Below, piece after piece: positions 41,497 to 50,452 of a stretch of 64,000 nucleotides of DNA. The notes under the pieces were generated by a model. That model had not been told where the DNA came from. It saw only the letters and a program-made list of their open reading frames with translations, and searched no databases. The stretch covers positions 26,718 to 90,717 of the forward strand of contig CAYGTV010000003.1 in the NCBI GenBank assembly GCA_964353135.1, written 5' to 3'. The stretch comes from an uncultured Candidatus Saccharibacteria bacterium (GTDB lineage Bacteria > Patescibacteriota > Minisyncoccia > Phycocordibacterales > UBA918). The position numbers and the translations under genes are program-made. The first letter of the stretch is position 1; every line of letters starts with the position of its first letter.

Positions 41497-41922
41497 TTAT
41501 GACCAATCTGACAACTCAATTGGTTCACCTGACAAAATCAGCGGGAGTTTCTCATCTGGGATGATGCGGACTTTAAACTCGTTTGCACCTGCACTATGCA
41601 GTTTTACCAACCGGTGAAGACCATCGAGAATCATGTATTTACCGTGATTAAAATAAACGTCAATCGGATACGAAGTATCCGCCTGATCTACAGCCAACTG
41701 CTCTTTGCTGGTTCCCTCTTCTTTTTCTAGTACTTCGCGTGGAGTTACGGTATATCGCTCGCCATTGTCATGCTCCCAAAACGGACAATCCAAGTGCCAT
41801 TCTAGGTCAGCGAATGTAAGTGTGGTTACCGGCAGATCAACCGCCCACAATTTCTCCTCCTCCCAGTTACCGAAGTCAAGACCAACGGTGTTCCAATCAA
41901 ACTCTTTCGGGTCTTGTTTCAT
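41497..41922 (-). CDS. ParB/Srx-like small protein
   Basis: ADTSYPI..ILDGLHRL. Confidence 0.7.
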   Translation of the reverse strand: MKQDPKEFDWNTVGLDFGNWEEEKLWAVDLPVTTLTFADLEWHLDCPFWEHDNGERYTVTPREVLEKEEGTSKEQLAVDQADTSYPIDVYFNHGKYMILDGLHRLVKLHSAGANEFKVRIIPDEKLPLILSGEPIELSDWS

Positions 41923-41928
41923 ACAATT

Positions 41929-42483
41929 TTAATTAGCTGACAGCTCCCAAACTTTCTCAGGAACCCACTTACCATCTACTTTCTTTAGGACTGCAATATT
42001 GTCGAATTGCAGTTTCATATCTAGCTCCGGCAGTGTATGCAGGTAGTCCCACGTTTCTTTGAAATCAAACGGTTTGAGTGCTGCCATTGCGACAGTAGCG
42101 TGCAAGTCTCCTTCTATTTCATCATACTCGTCGAACGTCATTCCTTCTATATCGCGCATTGCGGTCATCACCGCACTAACTGTATCCAGCATTTTCTGCG
42201 ACGGTTCAACATCTACAAAAATAACCCCTTCACCAAAGTGGTTGTATCCGTGCAAACGATACGGACTTTGTTTATGCGTTTCAATAATTTTTTCTATTGC
42301 TGCATAAACAGCCTGTACCCCAACTTCATCAAGTTCAAACCAACGTTTGATAGTTAGATGTGGAACAACACGATCATGCACCGGAAACGCATCAAGTTTT
42401 TCTACCAGACTGCGAGTGATATTTTCATGTGCTTCTTTTGCTTCACCACGTATGAGGTGAACAATAATTCTTCGGTTATCCAT
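41929..42483 (-). CDS. 2H phosphoesterase (2'-5' RNA ligase family)
   Basis: PHLTI and LHATV HxT motifs. Confidence 0.8.
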   Translation of the reverse strand: MDNRRIIVHLIRGEAKEAHENITRSLVEKLDAFPVHDRVVPHLTIKRWFELDEVGVQAVYAAIEKIIETHKQSPYRLHGYNHFGEGVIFVDVEPSQKMLDTVSAVMTAMRDIEGMTFDEYDEIEGDLHATVAMAALKPFDFKETWDYLHTLPELDMKLQFDNIAVLKKVDGKWVPEKVWELSAN

Positions 42484-42610
42484 TGTCTATGAGTATAGCA
42501 ATGATTCAACCACCCAAAAATCACAGCGAAAGTCTAATGTCAGTACTTCGGGCTTTTGCATGAGTTTTTTATTGCGGTTAAGTAATAAACTCTTGCGATA
42601 TAATACAGAC

Positions 42611-43210
42611 ATGATGAGTAAACTATACAAAGGAGAAAAATCTTCTATTTTGTCGGCTTTGACATTTAATGATGGTGCATTTTGGGGTGCGGATATGTTT
42701 GCCGGAGTAGTGTTTGCACTTTATATAACCCAAAATATTCCCGGCGGGTCTGCCATCCATGTTGGTCTTGTATTTGGACTATATCGACTAATTCGTGCAA
42801 TTACTGCAATTCCTATTGGTCGTTTTTTAGACAAACATCGTGGACACTTGGATGAATACTACACCCTAATGACCGCTGGCGGTATTACCGGATTGGTATA
42901 CATTACACTTTTCTTTGCAACCGAATTGTGGCATGTGTACCTTGGTATCAGCTTTATCGCAATTGGTCACGCGTTAAATATTGGAGCGTGGAATGTATTA
43001 TTTTATGGAAATGTTTCAGAAGAAATACGCGGGCAAGCAATTGGTACGTACCAAATGTTTACGCAAATTATTTATGGATTAGCAATCATAATCGCCGGTT
43101 TCGTCGGAGAAATATTTGGATTTGAATGGACATTACTTTTTGCTGGCATAGTCACTCTGTTGAGCAGCCTCATTATGTGGTTTATATACGGAAGCAGAAA
43201 TAAGATGTAA
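42611..43210 (+). CDS. Half-size MFS-like membrane protein
   Basis: About 6 TM, GRFLDK, RGQAIG. Confidence 0.7.
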   Translation: MMSKLYKGEKSSILSALTFNDGAFWGADMFAGVVFALYITQNIPGGSAIHVGLVFGLYRLIRAITAIPIGRFLDKHRGHLDEYYTLMTAGGITGLVYITLFFATELWHVYLGISFIAIGHALNIGAWNVLFYGNVSEEIRGQAIGTYQMFTQIIYGLAIIIAGFVGEIFGFEWTLLFAGIVTLLSSLIMWFIYGSRNKM

Positions 43211-43290
43211 ATATAGGATCACCACACCAAAAAGCCCCGGGTCAGTACTTAGGGCTTTTACATGTGTTTATTGCGAGGAATCAATTCTAG

Positions 43291-44523
43291 CTACACTAGA
43301 TGTTTTCGATATGCAAACACCAGCAACACTCCAAACCCAAAAACAAGAAAGCCAAATATAAGCGGTGCGGTCACCCCAAAACTAGCTGCAATTAGCCCAG
43401 CAAAAATTGATGGCAGGGCTTGACCAAGTGACTGCACACTAGCGTCGACTCCAAGTGCAGCTCCCTGGCTTTCTTTGTTGGCTTTGGCTGATACTACCGC
43501 TGTGACCGCTGTCCTCCCTACTGCGTTTGCGGCCGCAAAGAACACTATGATGAGCAGCAGCTCCCAGGTATTAGTACTCAGTGCAATCAAGAGCAAGGTG
43601 ACAGCTAGTGTGGCAAACGAAATATACAAAAGATTTACTTTTTGTACGAATTTATCGGCAAGTGGAACTAAGAGAACCTGAAACGGGATAATCAGAAAGC
43701 CAACATAGAAAAAGAAGAAACCAATTTGACTTTGACTATATCCCAGCCGACTGACCAAATATACTCCCAAGAAACTGGTAAACAAAGTAAAGCCAAAAGA
43801 GTAGACAAACGATAGTGAATATATACCTCTGGTTGCTGTGTTTGAAAACGCTCGCCCAATATTTCGCACCGCTCGAGCTGGCCTGATTTCGATAGTTGTG
43901 TCCATTGGTGATGTCTCGGGAAGAAACATATAAATAAACACCACATTCAAAAGAGATAAGATTCCTGAAATAACAAACACAAATGGCGCGCCAAAGAATG
44001 GCAGAATACTTGGATCAGAAAGTACCCCACCCAGCAACGGACCAAACATAAATCCAAACCCGAGTGAAGCACCAACTAAACCAAAGTTCTTGGCCCGGTC
44101 TTTTGGTTCAGAGATATCAGCCGCTACGGCTTGAGCAATCGCAATCGAACCACCGGTAATTCCGTCAAACAGACGAGCACCAAACAAGATACCTAAGCTA
44201 GCCACGAGAGCACCAAACGCAAATACAAAATTAGAAAGTCCTGTGCCTAAAATCGCTAGTCCTAAAATTAACCGCCGACCGTACCGGTCAGACAATTGTC
44301 CAAAAATTGGATTGGCAAAAAATTGACCAAAGGTATAAATAGCGAACAGCAACCCAAGCAAAATATATTGCATCTGTTGCGTCGTGTCTGGCGAGAGCAC
44401 ATAGATACTTGAATTTGGTTCGGTAAACATCAGCGGCAGTATAGGTATCACCAACGAAAAACCGATTACTTCAATAAAGACCGTCGCGCAAATCAGGTAG
44501 ATCGTATTGTTAGTTTTTCTCAA
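43291..44523 (-). CDS. TetA/DHA1-family MFS efflux transporter
   Basis: GQLSDRYGRR motif A, RLFDGITGG, GPLLGG; TTG start after a -10 box. Confidence 0.88.
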   Translation of the reverse strand: MRKTNNTIYLICATVFIEVIGFSLVIPILPLMFTEPNSSIYVLSPDTTQQMQYILLGLLFAIYTFGQFFANPIFGQLSDRYGRRLILGLAILGTGLSNFVFAFGALVASLGILFGARLFDGITGGSIAIAQAVAADISEPKDRAKNFGLVGASLGFGFMFGPLLGGVLSDPSILPFFGAPFVFVISGILSLLNVVFIYMFLPETSPMDTTIEIRPARAVRNIGRAFSNTATRGIYSLSFVYSFGFTLFTSFLGVYLVSRLGYSQSQIGFFFFYVGFLIIPFQVLLVPLADKFVQKVNLLYISFATLAVTLLLIALSTNTWELLLIIVFFAAANAVGRTAVTAVVSAKANKESQGAALGVDASVQSLGQALPSIFAGLIAASFGVTAPLIFGFLVFGFGVLLVFAYRKHLV

Positions 44524-44676
44524 GACTGCAGTATAGCAAAATAGACAGAAAACGTACTGTTTTGAATCAGCAGTAACGGGTTTGACTAGCAAACACACTC
44601 TTTCACAACCGATATATACAAAAACCAAAAGTCAGCACCTTGAGCTTTTATATAGATTTATTGCGGTTACATCATC

Positions 44677-45075
44677 CTACAAACAGCCTCTTCCGCGGAA
44701 TATTTCAGTGGCACTTGGTGTGTCACCGGCTTTGATTTCTTCTACCCGCGCGGCGCCGATGGCTTCGATAAAGCAGGCTTCTTGATCAGGGGTAATTTGC
44801 GAGGGCAAGCTAGCTGGATCAATCCCAAACGTTTCAAGTGCGGCTTCCTGACCAGCGTTTAACATTGGGTTGCTGTCAGCCGGTGCGCTAGCTGACTGAT
44901 TGGCAGGTTCACCAATTGCTGCTTCCCCGCTAGTAACAGTGCTTATAGTTTCTTGCATCGTTGTACCCGAACCACCTTGGAACGAGACATATAGCAGTAC
45001 TCCACCCAGGGCAATTAAAATACACAGGAAGATAACCCCGAGTCCGACGAAAAATATAGTTAGCGTTTTTTTCAT
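44677..45075 (-). CDS. Hypothetical membrane-anchored protein
   Basis: N-terminal TM, C-terminal two-Cys domain; -10 box 6 nt before ATG. Confidence 0.6.
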   Translation of the reverse strand: MKKTLTIFFVGLGVIFLCILIALGGVLLYVSFQGGSGTTMQETISTVTSGEAAIGEPANQSASAPADSNPMLNAGQEAALETFGIDPASLPSQITPDQEACFIEAIGAARVEEIKAGDTPSATEIFRGRGCL

Positions 45076-45109
45076 ATAGTCAGTATAGCAATATTACCTA
45101 TGCAGCACA

Positions 45110-45409
45110 CTATTTGAAAAATTCCCACACCACGTACACCGTCGCGAGGTTTTGCAAAATCAGTAGTGGAATCCCGATTTTGAAATACCATTTTTTGGTT
45201 TTGTGTCGAAAGGCCAGCATGCCAAGGTATACCCCAACACTACCAAACACCGTTGCCATAAAAAACATTCTCCCTTCGGAAATGCGCTGGACATTGTGCC
45301 CGCGAGTAGACCGACGTTTGTCATTCCACATGACTAGAAACGCCCAGAGGTTGACTAGTGCTAGAACTGCAACTAGTACCTGCCCAGTTGGTGTAGCTAG
45401 TAGCTGCAT
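45110..45409 (-). CDS. DUF1294 family protein
   Basis: DK..RISE..GM..FRHKTKK. Confidence 0.85.
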   Translation of the reverse strand: MQLLATPTGQVLVAVLALVNLWAFLVMWNDKRRSTRGHNVQRISEGRMFFMATVFGSVGVYLGMLAFRHKTKKWYFKIGIPLLILQNLATVYVVWEFFK

Positions 45410-45411
45410 GA

Positions 45412-46659
45412 CTAGAGCACGAGTAGACTAGGAGCAAATACCAGTAGCGCACCAAGGGCTGCCATCAGCACCCCACCGATCAGTAACGACAGTTGGGCGT
45501 ATTTTTGTCCACTTGCTTCTAGCTTGCTGTAGCCCCAAATTGCTAGCCCAAAGACAATGACGTCATCAACCATGTATCCCAGCGTATACACCAAGATGTA
45601 CCACTGCCGTTCCATAAAGCTCAACATATTGAGTTCAAGGATTTTGGTATAGGCCTGTGGAATCCCAATTGAACATGCAAACTCGATCACGTTAACCGAA
45701 AACGCAATCAAAATAATCGCGCCAATAGTACCCAATGTCAGTGGCTGATTAACAATCGCTTTGAACCGGTTGATAGTTTTTGATTGTTGCTCGATATTAC
45801 TAATGTCACACACTAGTGCGGCGTCACGGTTTTTGTACCACCGGTACAGGAAAAATAGTCCCCCACCAAGAGCCAAGAACCCAACCAGTGGAGTCACAAT
45901 CTGATCGAGTGCTACAAAGTCCCAGGTTTTGTACCAAACGTTGAGGATCAAATTGTACATAATCCCCTCAGCCAAGATAAATAGTCCTGCTAGGAAAATC
46001 ATTTTCTTGCGACTCCCCGCCTGCGAGAGCAAAACCAAGAACGTGATCAGTACCCACATCGCACATGGGTTAAATCCATCTATTACACCCAATAAGGCTG
46101 ACAGTGTGAAAAGTGAAAATGATTTGAGGTCAACCACTCCGACAAAGGGCAGATCAAATATATACCCGGTCTCTTCCCCAGCGTCACACATCATATCGGT
46201 ACACCCACCACCTAGCTGTACGTCTTGCACGGGTGCCCGATCGAGATGCTCTTGGGGCGTACGGATGTCGGTATTAGCGGCGGCTGCTATCGCGGCTTTG
46301 ATACTGGCACCTGTGGTTTCTGGACCATTGAACCCCAGGATCACTCGCTCCCCAATGACTGTCAATGGAGTCACTTTTGACGTACCGTGTTTTTCTGCAA
46401 TAGCTGAAAACAGTCGTGCCGCCTCGTCGTCAGTGATTATATTTAAGTACTCGTACGCAATTCCTTCCTCTTGTAGCCACTCATGCTGTTTTTGACAAAA
46501 CCCACAGTCATCTCGACCCAGCATATATACAACCGCTGTATCAGTCGCACCTATCGCTTCTGGCTCTTGAGCGACAACTGTCGGTGTCACCATTACACTT
46601 GAAAAAATAACAGCACCAAACAGTAAGACCAACGAGGTGGCACGTAACAATGTATTCAT
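45412..46659 (-). CDS. Glutaredoxin-like domain fused to CcdA/DsbD-like membrane domain
   Basis: CGFC, DGFNPCAMW, EFACS. Confidence 0.8.
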   Translation of the reverse strand: MNTLLRATSLVLLFGAVIFSSVMVTPTVVAQEPEAIGATDTAVVYMLGRDDCGFCQKQHEWLQEEGIAYEYLNIITDDEAARLFSAIAEKHGTSKVTPLTVIGERVILGFNGPETTGASIKAAIAAAANTDIRTPQEHLDRAPVQDVQLGGGCTDMMCDAGEETGYIFDLPFVGVVDLKSFSLFTLSALLGVIDGFNPCAMWVLITFLVLLSQAGSRKKMIFLAGLFILAEGIMYNLILNVWYKTWDFVALDQIVTPLVGFLALGGGLFFLYRWYKNRDAALVCDISNIEQQSKTINRFKAIVNQPLTLGTIGAIILIAFSVNVIEFACSIGIPQAYTKILELNMLSFMERQWYILVYTLGYMVDDVIVFGLAIWGYSKLEASGQKYAQLSLLIGGVLMAALGALLVFAPSLLVL

Positions 46660-46700
46660 ACCAAATATAATACCAGATTTAAGTTATTGATGATATTATA

Positions 46701-46725
46701 CATACCCCCTAGGGTATGCTATACT
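46701..46725 (+). promoter_or_regulatory. CsoR/CstR-type operator overlapping the promoter
   Basis: CATACCC-CCTA-GGGTATG palindrome abutting TGCTATACT. Confidence 0.8.
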
Positions 46726-46734
46726 GTTGAACGT

Positions 46735-46986
46735 ATGCAAGATAAACAAACTAAACTTATTCACCATATTAGTCGCCTCGAAGGCCAGCTAGCGTCAGTC
46801 AAACGTGAACTACAACAAACCGAACCAAACTGTGAGAAAGCTGCTTTAACGCTCAAGGCTGCTTCCAGGTCATTCTCTACCCTGCGCATGTCATTTGTCA
46901 CCTGTTTCCTGGAGACTAAATATCTTTCCAAAAAACAAGAAACTGATGAAACCTACAAAGCGCTATTACAAGTAATCAACTCTTAA
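46735..46986 (+). CDS. CsoR/RcnR family repressor (CstR-like)
   Basis: SRLEGQL, two Cys; heads the rhodanese operon. Confidence 0.8.
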   Translation: MQDKQTKLIHHISRLEGQLASVKRELQQTEPNCEKAALTLKAASRSFSTLRMSFVTCFLETKYLSKKQETDETYKALLQVINS

Positions 46987-46988
46987 TT

Positions 46989-47510
46989 ATGAAACACATC
47001 AGCATCAACACGTTTAAAGAGGTAATCGAAAGTGAAGCCAGCAATCACACGGTTGCATTCATCAACGTCTGCACACCCGCAGAATACAAAGAAAAACACA
47101 TTGCAGGTGTACGCAACATCCCGCTCGACACACTCGAACAACACGCAAACGAACTTAACAATAAATCGACGGTGTATATCCACTGCCGATCAGGAAACCG
47201 TGGCCGACAAGCAATCGAAAAACTAGAAAAGCTTGGTGTCACCGCTGAACTAGTCAATGTAGAAGGTGGCCTAATGGCATGGCAAGAAGCGGGTTTTGCT
47301 ACCAAGTCTCTGACCAACCGACTACCAATCATGCGACAGGTGTTTATCGGTGCTGGAAGTATTGTGCTAGTTGGAACTGTGTTGACGTATCTGTTTGGTG
47401 AAATGTATCTACTCATTCCCCTCTTTGTATCACTAGGACTATTAGTTTCAGGACTAACCGGCTGGTGTGGAATGGCTCTATTACTTAGCAAGATGCCATG
47501 GAATAAATAA
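46989..47510 (+). CDS. Rhodanese plus DUF2892 (YgaP-like)
   Basis: HCRSGNR active loop, EGGLMAW, RQV..AG, GWCGM..MPWN. Confidence 0.88.
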   Translation: MKHISINTFKEVIESEASNHTVAFINVCTPAEYKEKHIAGVRNIPLDTLEQHANELNNKSTVYIHCRSGNRGRQAIEKLEKLGVTAELVNVEGGLMAWQEAGFATKSLTNRLPIMRQVFIGAGSIVLVGTVLTYLFGEMYLLIPLFVSLGLLVSGLTGWCGMALLLSKMPWNK

Positions 47511-47519
47511 ATATAACTT

Positions 47520-48383
47520 ATGGAAAATAAACTACATATTCACCCTATTTTTGACCACGACTCACATACAGTGACGTACGTGGTGTGGGACCCTGCTACC
47601 AAAAAATCAGCTGTGATTGACTCGGTACTAGATTACAACCACAAAAACGTTGAGACTGACACAACGTTAGCTGACGAGGTTATTGCGTTTGTGAAAGAAA
47701 ATGGACTCGAGAATGAATGGCTCCTTGAGACCCACATGCACGCTGACCATATTTCTGCTTCTACCTACCTCAAAGAAAAAATTGGCGGCAAGAAAGCGAT
47801 CGGCAACCAAATCGTCGCTGTACAGAGTTACCTCAAAGAAGCCTTCGACCTCAACGATAACTTTAAAACCGATGGTTCACAATTTGACCACGTGTTTGCT
47901 GATGGTGAAGAATTTACCATCGGCACCATTCAGGCCAAAGCGGTACACTCCCCTGGCCACACCCCAGCGGACATGGTTTATGAAATCGACGGCATACTAT
48001 TTTCTGGCGACACCCTACTGGCACCTGACATGGGTACCGCTCGGTGTGACTTCCCTGGAGGCAGTGCAGAAACTATGTACGACTCAGTGAGAAATATCCT
48101 AGAGTCATACCCAAACGAAACAGTAGTTTACCTGTGTCATGACTACCCAGAAGGAAAAGATCGGGAACTACTCTATAAAACAACCATTGGTGAACAACGT
48201 GAGACCAACATTCATGTCAAAGACGGCATCACCAAAGAGGAATTTGTCACCTTGCGAGAAACCCGGGATGCCACCCTTGATTTACCAACCTATATCTTTC
48301 CTGCTGTACAAATTAACGGAAACGCTGGAAGTTTAACTCCAGGAGAATTTGTAAAACTGAGCTATAACAAAAAAGTCTTATAA
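47520..48383 (+). CDS. MBL-fold persulfide dioxygenase (ETHE1/Blh-like)
   Basis: ETHMHADH, PGHT, GTARCDF, LCHDY. Confidence 0.88.
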   Translation: MENKLHIHPIFDHDSHTVTYVVWDPATKKSAVIDSVLDYNHKNVETDTTLADEVIAFVKENGLENEWLLETHMHADHISASTYLKEKIGGKKAIGNQIVAVQSYLKEAFDLNDNFKTDGSQFDHVFADGEEFTIGTIQAKAVHSPGHTPADMVYEIDGILFSGDTLLAPDMGTARCDFPGGSAETMYDSVRNILESYPNETVVYLCHDYPEGKDRELLYKTTIGEQRETNIHVKDGITKEEFVTLRETRDATLDLPTYIFPAVQINGNAGSLTPGEFVKLSYNKKVL

Positions 48384-48400
48384 GACACAACTACTACAGT

Positions 48401-49165
48401 ATGAAATCACTCATTGCACTTATTGCCATCCTTATTATTGGCTGCGTTGGCGGATGGTCACTTGGCAACCAGCCAGGTCCACAAAACCAACAAGCTAACC
48501 AGATGGAACAGACGGACAACCGTAACGATATGCCGGCCGCTGCAGACTTTGTTTCACTGCGGCCAGCTCTAGAATCCTTACCAGCTGAAACGTTATCAGC
48601 TGATGAACGAGCCGGACTACTCTGGATGCGCGAAGAGGAAAAACTAGCCCGAGATGTATACACCACACTATACGAAGCGTGGGGTCTACAGATCTTTGCT
48701 AACATCGCGCAGAGTGAACAAACCCATACCGAAGCTGTTCGAGACCTGCTAGAAAAATATGAGTTAGCTGACCCAGTCACTGATGACACAGTTGGTGTCT
48801 TTACAGACCTAGAGCTGCAGCAACTCTATGACGACCTCACAGCCCGGGGACTAACTTCTGTTGGAGAAGCATTACAAGTCGGAGCATTGATCGAGGACCT
48901 CGACATCAACGACCTGAATCAAGAAATCGCAAAAACTGACAATCAAGATATTGTGCTGGTGTATGAAAACCTGACCCGAGGTTCTCGCAACCACCTGCGA
49001 TCATTCACCTCACAACTCAATCAACGTGGGGAAAGCTACACACCACAATACATAAGCCAAGCAGAATATGACGCCATCATTTCTGCAGAACAAGAACGAG
49101 GTGGTGGACACTCTTCTGGAGGTAACAGTGGTGGTGGTAATGGGCGCGGCTGGGGCAATCGATAA
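48401..49165 (+). CDS. DUF2202 ferritin-like exported protein
   Basis: REEEKLARDVY, SEQTH, GSRNHLR. Confidence 0.85.
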   Translation: MKSLIALIAILIIGCVGGWSLGNQPGPQNQQANQMEQTDNRNDMPAAADFVSLRPALESLPAETLSADERAGLLWMREEEKLARDVYTTLYEAWGLQIFANIAQSEQTHTEAVRDLLEKYELADPVTDDTVGVFTDLELQQLYDDLTARGLTSVGEALQVGALIEDLDINDLNQEIAKTDNQDIVLVYENLTRGSRNHLRSFTSQLNQRGESYTPQYISQAEYDAIISAEQERGGGHSSGGNSGGGNGRGWGNR

Positions 49166-49231
49166 GCTCATACCTGCCTTCAAAAAAGCACCTAGTAGGT
49201 GCTTTTTTGATGTCGGATTGACTGGTTAGCT

Positions 49232-49630
49232 CTAGTCTTCAGTCGTCACTCCGTCAAACTCTTCTTCTACTTCGTCGGCCTTGGTGGTGTGAATTGTTTG
49301 ATCCTTGTGGTGAGCTGGTGAGTAGATAGTGTACAAGTTAAGTGTTTCACTATCTGAAACGTTAATCACGTTGTGTTGTGCTCCAGCTGGAACAATGACC
49401 GCGTCACCATCACCTACTTCGTAGGTAGTTTCGTTAATGACTACTTTCCCTGTTCCTGCTTCAAACCGGAAAAACTGGTCGGTATCTTCGTGTACTTCTA
49501 AACCAATCTCTTCCCCAGGCTGTAATGTCATGAGTACTAATTGGCTATGCTCCCCGGTATAGAGGACCTTTCGGAAGTTATCATTAGCGGTTGTGTCTGC
49601 TTCGATGTTTGTTTTGAATCCTTGTTTCAT
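49232..49630 (-). CDS. Cupin domain protein
   Basis: GLEVH..DQFF, VPAGAQHNV, LYTIYSP. Confidence 0.88.
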   Translation of the reverse strand: MKQGFKTNIEADTTANDNFRKVLYTGEHSQLVLMTLQPGEEIGLEVHEDTDQFFRFEAGTGKVVINETTYEVGDGDAVIVPAGAQHNVINVSDSETLNLYTIYSPAHHKDQTIHTTKADEVEEEFDGVTTED

Positions 49631-49683
49631 AATCTAATTTTAACATGGTTACGTCTTTTGAATAAATAACGACATGATAGCCT

Positions 49684-50223
49684 TTAGCTGGCACGAGAAC
49701 TCCGAGCTTTCTTTTTGGCAGCTGCTTCTGCTGCTGCTAGTTCAGCAGCTTTTTTTGCAGCTTTTTTTGCAGCTTTCTCTGCCGCTAATTTTGTGGCAGC
49801 CAGCTCATCTGCTTGCTGTTTAGCTTTTAGAGTTGCAGCTTGTGCTGCTGCTACCCGGGCCGTCTCAGCGTCAGCCGCAGCTTGTTTAATTGCTTGTTGC
49901 TCAGCTACTGTGTGTGCGGCAGCAATCGCTTTTGCTTGTGCTGCTGCAGCAACTTCTTGCGCCACTTTTTCATCAGCCGCTTTGCGCTCTGCTTCGGCAT
50001 CCTGTAACATCTGCTCTTTTGCCGCTACTTGTTGATCCGACAACTCTTCGCGCTTTGCAAGAATCTCTTGCAGTATTTCATTACTAGCGACTAAAGCCTC
50101 TTCATAAATTACCTCAGCTTCTGATGCAGCTTCCGTTTGATAGCCATACCCAGCATAACTACCCAGTAGGACTATGATTACTAACCCAAATGTATATACG
50201 ACATTTCTAATTTCTGATTTCAT
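49684..50223 (-). CDS. Membrane-anchored Ala/Lys-rich coiled-coil protein ending SSRAS
   Basis: N-terminal TM, long helical tether. Confidence 0.65.
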   Translation of the reverse strand: MKSEIRNVVYTFGLVIIVLLGSYAGYGYQTEAASEAEVIYEEALVASNEILQEILAKREELSDQQVAAKEQMLQDAEAERKAADEKVAQEVAAAAQAKAIAAAHTVAEQQAIKQAAADAETARVAAAQAATLKAKQQADELAATKLAAEKAAKKAAKKAAELAAAEAAAKKKARSSRAS

Positions 50224-50226
50224 ATG

Positions 50227-50397
50227 TTATCCAAGCTTTTGCCACATATGAGTGTCGCTCTTTTTCACCTCACAATCAGCACATTGAAAATCATCAGGCA
50301 GTGATTCCCAGGTAGTACCAGGTGCAATCCCTCGATCAGGGTCACCAATTGCTTCATCATAAATCCATCCACACTCCAAACATACATATTGCGCCAT
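50227..50397 (-). CDS. Rubredoxin (56 aa, absent from the ORF track)
   Basis: MAQYVCLECGWIYDEAIGDPDRGIAPGTTWESLPDDFQCADC. Confidence 0.92.
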   Translation of the reverse strand: MAQYVCLECGWIYDEAIGDPDRGIAPGTTWESLPDDFQCADCEVKKSDTHMWQKLG

Positions 50398-50452
50398 ATA
50401 AATAATTCGTTAGTTACTATGACGCTAACTGTATACCCGTTAGATGAAGATT

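Larger units (their letters stand above)
39771..44664 (+). repeat. Six intergenic copies of a ~50-65 bp hairpin repeat separating genes
   Basis: Copies at 39771-39832, 40424-40486, 41437-41485, 42511-42575, 43223-43274, 44618-44664; consensus CCAAAAAAGCCCAAGGTCAGTACCTNGRRCTTTTRMATGAGTTTATTGC. Confidence 0.9.

Noticed and set aside
39771-44664. CRISPR array or canonical integron
   Set aside because: Spacers are 0.65-1.4 kb whole genes and no cas or intI gene is in the window. The AAC/GTT attC triplets are not conserved across copies and gene orientations are mixed.
49715-50035. Ala-rich plus-strand ORF or DNA tandem repeat
   Set aside because: Antisense shadow of the low-complexity coiled-coil gene.
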